From: Clostridia bacterium
GTDB taxonomy: Bacteria > Bacillota > Clostridia > Oscillospirales > CAG-272
Length of the DNA stretch: 64,000 nt
Assembly (NCBI GenBank): GCA_017961575.1
Contig: JAGCXA010000053.1
Coordinates: forward strand, 26,347-90,346
Reading direction: 5' to 3'
Under the pieces are notes generated by a model. It worked only from the letters and a program-made list of their open reading frames with translations, was not told the origin of the DNA and searched no databases. Below, in pieces: positions 59,241-64,000 of this stretch. Each line of letters begins with the position of its first letter. The stretch's first letter is position 1. A program made the position numbers and the translations under genes.

Positions 59241-61496
59241 ATGTTCAGAAGCAACGAAGTCCTGCAAGCAAAGACCGGACGCGGATTCCGGGCGGCGGAG
59301 GAGCGCGCGCACGTCCATTTTCTCGGGGCGCAAGCCGACGCCGAACTGACCGCCGCTCTTTCCCCGGCGGAACTTGACGCGCTGCTTGACGAGATCCTCG
59401 CCACCAAGGGCGACGACCGCGAGACGTGGAGCGCGGGGATCGAGTACGCCGACGCCTGCATCAAGCGGAAGATCCGTGTCATCGACCGGAACCTCGACGC
59501 GCTTGCCGAAAACGGCTCCGCCGACAGTCCGGCGCTGCGCGAAGCGCTTGCACTGCTGCGCGCGCAGGAGGGGCGCATCTCGGAGCGGCTTGCGTCTTCG
59601 GACGTCGGCGTCCCGAAGGAGGAACTCCGGCGGCTTTCGGGCACGTTGTCCGGATACGTCGACTGCCTTCTCTCGATCACGGCGGAGGCGGGAGCGGGCG
59701 ACCGGGAACTCGAACGCAAAAAACAGGAGAAAAAGACGCGCGACCTTGACGCCGCGTATTCGCTTGCGGGGATCGACGCCGCGGGCGTTTACGCCGAAGC
59801 GATCGCCGCGTACGAAAAGAACGATTCCGACGAGGCGCTTCGCCTCTTCCAGATGATCCCGGACTACCGCCGCGCCGGGCTCTATATCGCCGAGCTCTGC
59901 CGCTTCCACGTCGTCCGTACCGACGACCCGAAGATCGACGTTCTCTGGTTCCGGTGCCGTCCCTACCTCGTCCGCAACGGGGTGGTCTACCCCGAACGGG
60001 CAAAACTGTTCGACGTCGGGGCGCCGATCTCGACCGACACGCGCGGCGCGCACGTCGTCGGCGCGTACGGGGACAGGCTGTACTACGTTCCCGGCGGAGA
60101 GGGACGCGGGATCGCGTTCTTCGCGACCGACCGCGAGGGGCGGCGTTCGCTCGGACGGTACAGCGTCTACGGCGCGATCAGAACGCAGGAGATCCGCTTC
60201 CTCTCCGACGACCGTAGGTCGATCGTCTTCACCGTCGACTACGACCCGAAGAAGGACAAACGGCTGAAAAAGCGGTTCTGCCGCAGTCACGGCATCGCCT
60301 ATCTCAGGTTCCGCGCGAAGAAAAAGGTCGATTTCTCCGAGTGGCGCGACCTCTTCCGCTTCGATCTCGACACCGGGAAACTCACCCTTCTCGCCGAGGG
60401 CGCGACCGACGTCGCGGAGGTCTTAAACGACGTCGTTTACTTCTACGCGCTGCAACCGATCCTGAACAAAAAGGGAAAGAAGATCGTCGGTCTCCGGAAC
60501 GAAAAGGCGCTCCGCTCGCTCGACCTTTCGAGCGGCAAGCAACGCGAGGAACTGTCCGGCAACGGAAGGATCGTGGCGATCACGCCCGACCGCAAGATCG
60601 TTTTCACCCGGATCGACCATCACAGCATCCGCAACAAGACGGTGTACGTCAAGGACGGGCTTTCGGGCGGCGGCGAAAAGGCGCTTGCCCGGAACGTCTA
60701 CGACGTGTTCGACCTCGTGAACGGACGGCTCTTCTACCTCGTCGGCAACGACGGGATCCGCTCGCTCTGCTCGGTGCGGCTCGACGGGACCTCGTTCCGC
60801 GAGGAACTCAAATACACTCGCGACGTCGTGGCGCGCGACAACGACTGGATCTACCTGACCGCCGGACGCGACCAACTCTCGCTCTTCCGTCTCCCCGTCT
60901 CGAACGAGGGCGACGGCGTCAACCGCGTGGCGCTCGGGATCAACCCCGACTTCACCCGCGACGAAAAACTCACCGTTTCGGGCGACTACGTCTATTTCAA
61001 GAACAACAGCGACGTGCTCTGCCGCGTGAAGACCGACGGGTCGGACTACCGGGAGATCGTGGTCGGGATCGCGAAACTCGTCACCGTCACCCCCGAAAAG
61101 GTCCTCTACCTCGCCGTCGACGGCAGGAACGCCGACGGCGACCCCGTCTACTCGCTCTACGGGATGGACTCCGACGGCGCGAACCGCGAAAAACTCATCT
61201 TCTGTATGGCGGACATCGTCAAAGTGAACGACTGGCAATGCCTCTACGTCCGCGACGAAAAACTCGCGTCGAAAAAGGATATTTACGCCGCCGTCACCGA
61301 CCCGAAACTCCGCCGCCAAATCGACAAGAACTACAAGAAGTTCCAAAAGAAAAAGAAGACGCCGTCCTCGGTCGTCGACACGGTGCGGCTCTTCGATCTG
61401 CGGACGAAGGCGAGCGAGACCGCCGCGTATCTCGAACCGTACCCCACCAAGTACTCGCTGAAACGCGAGCGGAAGGAACTGCTCAAAAAGAAGTAA
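59241..61496 (+). CDS. Hypothetical protein: helical/TPR-like N-terminus plus DUF5050-like beta-propeller
   Basis: Repeated blade motifs (RLFYL..LCSVRLDGT, WIYL..LFRL, YVYF..LCRVKTDGS, LYGMDSDGANRE); AAGGAG RBS. Confidence 0.7.
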   Translation: MFRSNEVLQAKTGRGFRAAEERAHVHFLGAQADAELTAALSPAELDALLDEILATKGDDRETWSAGIEYADACIKRKIRVIDRNLDALAENGSADSPALREALALLRAQEGRISERLASSDVGVPKEELRRLSGTLSGYVDCLLSITAEAGAGDRELERKKQEKKTRDLDAAYSLAGIDAAGVYAEAIAAYEKNDSDEALRLFQMIPDYRRAGLYIAELCRFHVVRTDDPKIDVLWFRCRPYLVRNGVVYPERAKLFDVGAPISTDTRGAHVVGAYGDRLYYVPGGEGRGIAFFATDREGRRSLGRYSVYGAIRTQEIRFLSDDRRSIVFTVDYDPKKDKRLKKRFCRSHGIAYLRFRAKKKVDFSEWRDLFRFDLDTGKLTLLAEGATDVAEVLNDVVYFYALQPILNKKGKKIVGLRNEKALRSLDLSSGKQREELSGNGRIVAITPDRKIVFTRIDHHSIRNKTVYVKDGLSGGGEKALARNVYDVFDLVNGRLFYLVGNDGIRSLCSVRLDGTSFREELKYTRDVVARDNDWIYLTAGRDQLSLFRLPVSNEGDGVNRVALGINPDFTRDEKLTVSGDYVYFKNNSDVLCRVKTDGSDYREIVVGIAKLVTVTPEKVLYLAVDGRNADGDPVYSLYGMDSDGANREKLIFCMADIVKVNDWQCLYVRDEKLASKKDIYAAVTDPKLRRQIDKNYKKFQKKKKTPSSVVDTVRLFDLRTKASETAAYLEPYPTKYSLKRERKELLKKK

Positions 61497-61520
61497 AAAC
61501 GGCGCTCGGCGCAAAAAAAG

Positions 61521-61554
61521 AAGCCCGCGAAGGCGAACCCTTCGCGGGCTTTTC
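61521..61554. terminator. Bidirectional intrinsic terminator
   Basis: aagcccgcgaagg-cgaac-ccttcgcgggctt flanked by A and T runs. Confidence 0.8.
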
Positions 61555-61563
61555 GTATGCGGA

Positions 61564-62547
61564 TCAGGCGAGGAGCGCCGCTTCGACGGCTTCGACCGCG
61601 ACGGCGGCGGCGTCGTCCGCCGTCGGCGCCGGGAGCGAACATCCGGCGGCGCGGACGTGCCCGCCCCCGCCGAGGGTCGCCGCGACCTTCGCGACGTCAA
61701 GGCCCGTACTGCGGAGCGAGACTTTATATTTTCCGTCGGGGGACTCCTTCACCGCCATCGCGACCTCGACCCCCTCGAGCGAGCGCACGACGTCGATCGC
61801 CGTCTCGAAATGTTCGTCGAGAAGTCCCAGCTCGTCCCGGATCGCGTCGGTCACGGTCACCCACGCGATCCTGCCGTTCAGCGCCCGGCGAAGATGCGAG
61901 GCGACGTAACCCTCCGCCGCGAGGATCTCCGCCGTTTTGACGTCGAAGAGCAGGCGGTTGATCTCGGCGGCGTCGGCGCCGAGTTCGATCAGCGCCGCCG
62001 CGATCCTATGGGTGCGCGGGGTGACGTTCGAGTATTTGAAACAGCCCGTGTCCGACGAGATCGACGCGAAGATCGCGTTGACGGCGAAGGGCGGGATCGC
62101 GGGCAGAACGCCGCGCGACACGAGCTCAACGGCGAGGTCGTAGACGATCTCCCCGACGGCGGAGGCGTCGGCGCGAAGATACCGCGGGCAGAACGCCGCG
62201 CCGCGTTCGTGGTGGTCGATCATGAACGAGGGGGAAAGCGACCCCGTGAAAACCGACTGCAACTCCCCGAGCTGCTGGGGCGACGCCACGTCGACCGCGA
62301 TCACCGTCGCGTCGGCGGGATAGTCCTTTTTCGGGGCGAACCAGTCGTTGTCCGACAGAAACGCCAGCCGCCGCGGGATCACGTCGGGGGAGACGACCGT
62401 CGCGCGCCGTCCCATCGCGTCGAAGAGCGACGCCAGAGCGGCGCAGGAACCGACCGTGTCGCCGTCGGGGCGCGTATGCGTCAGCAGGATCGGCTTTTCG
62501 GCGCCGATCACCCGCTCGACCAGTTCGGAAAAAGACAGTTCGTTCAT
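61564..62547 (-). CDS. nrnA: DHH/DHHA1 phosphoesterase (NrnA-like)
   Basis: HTRPDGDTVGS, IDHH, SDTGCF, SLRS, GGGGHVRAAG; ATGA overlap with rbfA. Confidence 0.9.
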   Translation of the reverse strand: MNELSFSELVERVIGAEKPILLTHTRPDGDTVGSCAALASLFDAMGRRATVVSPDVIPRRLAFLSDNDWFAPKKDYPADATVIAVDVASPQQLGELQSVFTGSLSPSFMIDHHERGAAFCPRYLRADASAVGEIVYDLAVELVSRGVLPAIPPFAVNAIFASISSDTGCFKYSNVTPRTHRIAAALIELGADAAEINRLLFDVKTAEILAAEGYVASHLRRALNGRIAWVTVTDAIRDELGLLDEHFETAIDVVRSLEGVEVAMAVKESPDGKYKVSLRSTGLDVAKVAATLGGGGHVRAAGCSLPAPTADDAAAVAVEAVEAALLA

Positions 62548-62930
62548 TGTTCGGGCTCCTTGTTTTCTTCGCGCTTCGCTTCGCGCGCGGCGCGTTCGAC
62601 GTCCAGTTGCCGCAGCAGTTCCGAGATCCGCGCCCCGTGCTCGATCGAGCCGTCGGGGATAAAGACCAGTTCGGGCGTGATCCGCAGGTTCAGCGCCGCC
62701 GCGAGGTGACAGCGGAACAGCCCCGCCGCCCCGGTCAGAGCGCGCTTCGCCTCGGTCGGATCCCCCATACAGGAGAAGTACACCTTCGCGATTTTCAGAT
62801 CCTTGGTCACGTCGGCGCGCGTGATCGAGACCATGTTCGACACGATCCGGGGATCCCGGACGTCCCGGAGCGCCAGCGCCATTTCCTGTGCCAGCGCGTC
62901 GTTGATTCTGCCTTGCCGGTACTTTGCCAT
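62544..62930 (-). CDS. rbfA: 30S ribosome-binding factor A
   Basis: R..RIN, RDPR, VTKDLKIAKVY, LRITPELVF..D.SIEHGARI. Confidence 0.93.
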   Translation of the reverse strand: MAKYRQGRINDALAQEMALALRDVRDPRIVSNMVSITRADVTKDLKIAKVYFSCMGDPTEAKRALTGAAGLFRCHLAAALNLRITPELVFIPDGSIEHGARISELLRQLDVERAAREAKREENKEPEQ

Positions 62931-62967
62931 TTTTCAAATTCCTTTTGCTTTTTATCGTAATACGTTT

Positions 62968-63750
62968 TCAACAGAGTTCGCCGACGCACTCCACCGTCGC
63001 CCCGTCCGGGAGCGCGCCCACCCGCTCCGCCGCGCGGCGGAAACGGTCGGGGTTGTCGCTGACGAGGATCCGGACGCTCGCCCGCCCCGTCTCTTTTCGT
63101 CCCGCGGGAGAATCCGCCAGAGCGCGCGCCGCCGCCTCGCCGCAATCGAAGAGCGGCACGCCCGGAAAGAGCGACGCCACCGCGGGGGACAGCAGGCGAA
63201 AATGCGTACAGCCGAGCAGAACGGCGTCGGGGAAGAAGGTCTGCCCCGGGGCGAGCGTCCGCCCGACGAAAGAGAGCAGGGCGGGGTCGTTCCGGGAGGA
63301 AAAACCGTTCTCGACGAGCGAAACGAAGAGTGGACAGCCGAGGGAGAGCGTAACGGTTCCGGGGCTTTCCGCCGCGAGCGCTTCGTCGAAGACACGGGAC
63401 GCCGCCGTCGCTTCGGTCGAGAGGATCAGGACGCGCCGCCGCCCGGCGGCGGCGATCTCGCGCGCGACGGGACGGATCACCCCGGCGACGGGACAGCCCG
63501 CGGCGTCCCCGATCTCGCCGAGCGCCAGCGCCGAGACGGTCCCGCAGGCGACCTGCAGAGAATCGACGCCCCACGCGGCAAATCGCGCGCCCGCCTCGCG
63601 GGCGTAGCGGCGGATCAGGTCGGGAGAACGCACGCCAAAGGGAAGGCGCGCGGTGTCGGCGTAGTAGAGGAAATCGGCGTCCGGCATCGCCGCGCGCAGC
63701 GCCGAGAGGACGAAAAGCCCGCCGATCCCGCTGTCAAAGACCCCGATCAC
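62968..63750 (-). CDS. murI: Glutamate racemase
   Basis: IGVFDSGIGG, Y.ADTARLPFG, VAC(G)T, LGCTHF. Confidence 0.85.
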   Translation of the reverse strand: MIGVFDSGIGGLFVLSALRAAMPDADFLYYADTARLPFGVRSPDLIRRYAREAGARFAAWGVDSLQVACGTVSALALGEIGDAAGCPVAGVIRPVAREIAAAGRRRVLILSTEATAASRVFDEALAAESPGTVTLSLGCPLFVSLVENGFSSRNDPALLSFVGRTLAPGQTFFPDAVLLGCTHFRLLSPAVASLFPGVPLFDCGEAAARALADSPAGRKETGRASVRILVSDNPDRFRRAAERVGALPDGATVECVGELC

Positions 63751-64000
63751 GCCGTCGCCCCCGTCGCGAAGGCGGCAAGGCGGCGCACGAGCGCGGGGAA
63801 GGGAACCCCCATCGCGGCGGCAAGCCGCGGAAACATGCTTTTATCGGTCAACCCGGGCAGGGCGTTCACCTCGTTCAGGATCGGACGTCCGTTTTCGGGC
63901 AGGAAGAAATCGACTCGTGCGTAATGGCGGCAGCCGAGCGCGAGGAACGCCGAGAGAGCCAGTTCCCGCAATTCGTCCGAGAGGGCGGTGGGAAGGAGTG
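63747..64000 (-). CDS. ddl: D-alanine--D-alanine ligase, C-terminal part (window-truncated)
   Basis: LGC..YARVDFF, NEVNALPG.T..SMFP. Confidence 0.85.
   Translation of the reverse strand, partial: LLPTALSDELRELALSAFLALGCRHYARVDFFLPENGRPILNEVNALPGLTDKSMFPRLAAAMGVPFPALVRRLAAFATGATA

Overview
GC-rich chromosomal window from a spore-forming Bacillota (Clostridia-like: spoIIE, a GerA/SpoVAF-family gene, T-box, CIRCE). It spans the replication origin: dnaA-oriC(DnaA boxes and trios)-dnaN-recF-remB-gyrB-gyrA, with parAB and two parS sites nearby. Other housekeeping genes are thrS, truB, addA, rnj, rny-ymdB, hrcA-grpE-dnaK-dnaJ (dnaK has an in-frame TGA), feoAB, rbfA-nrnA, murI and ddl. Two things are not explained by standard annotation. 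(1) A modular surface-protein locus (16.3-23.5 kb): a lipoprotein and a secreted protein share a triplicated beta-sandwich-like domain and CxxC repeats, the secreted protein and a heparinase II-like lyase share an N-terminal domain, and a 42-aa leader-like peptide gene has an acidic/aromatic C-terminus that recurs as the C-terminal tail of the lyase. (2) A family of covarying, multi-hairpin mosaic repeats found only at convergent gene junctions (4 of 7), whose orientation flips across oriC. All assignments are by eye from motifs; no searches were run.
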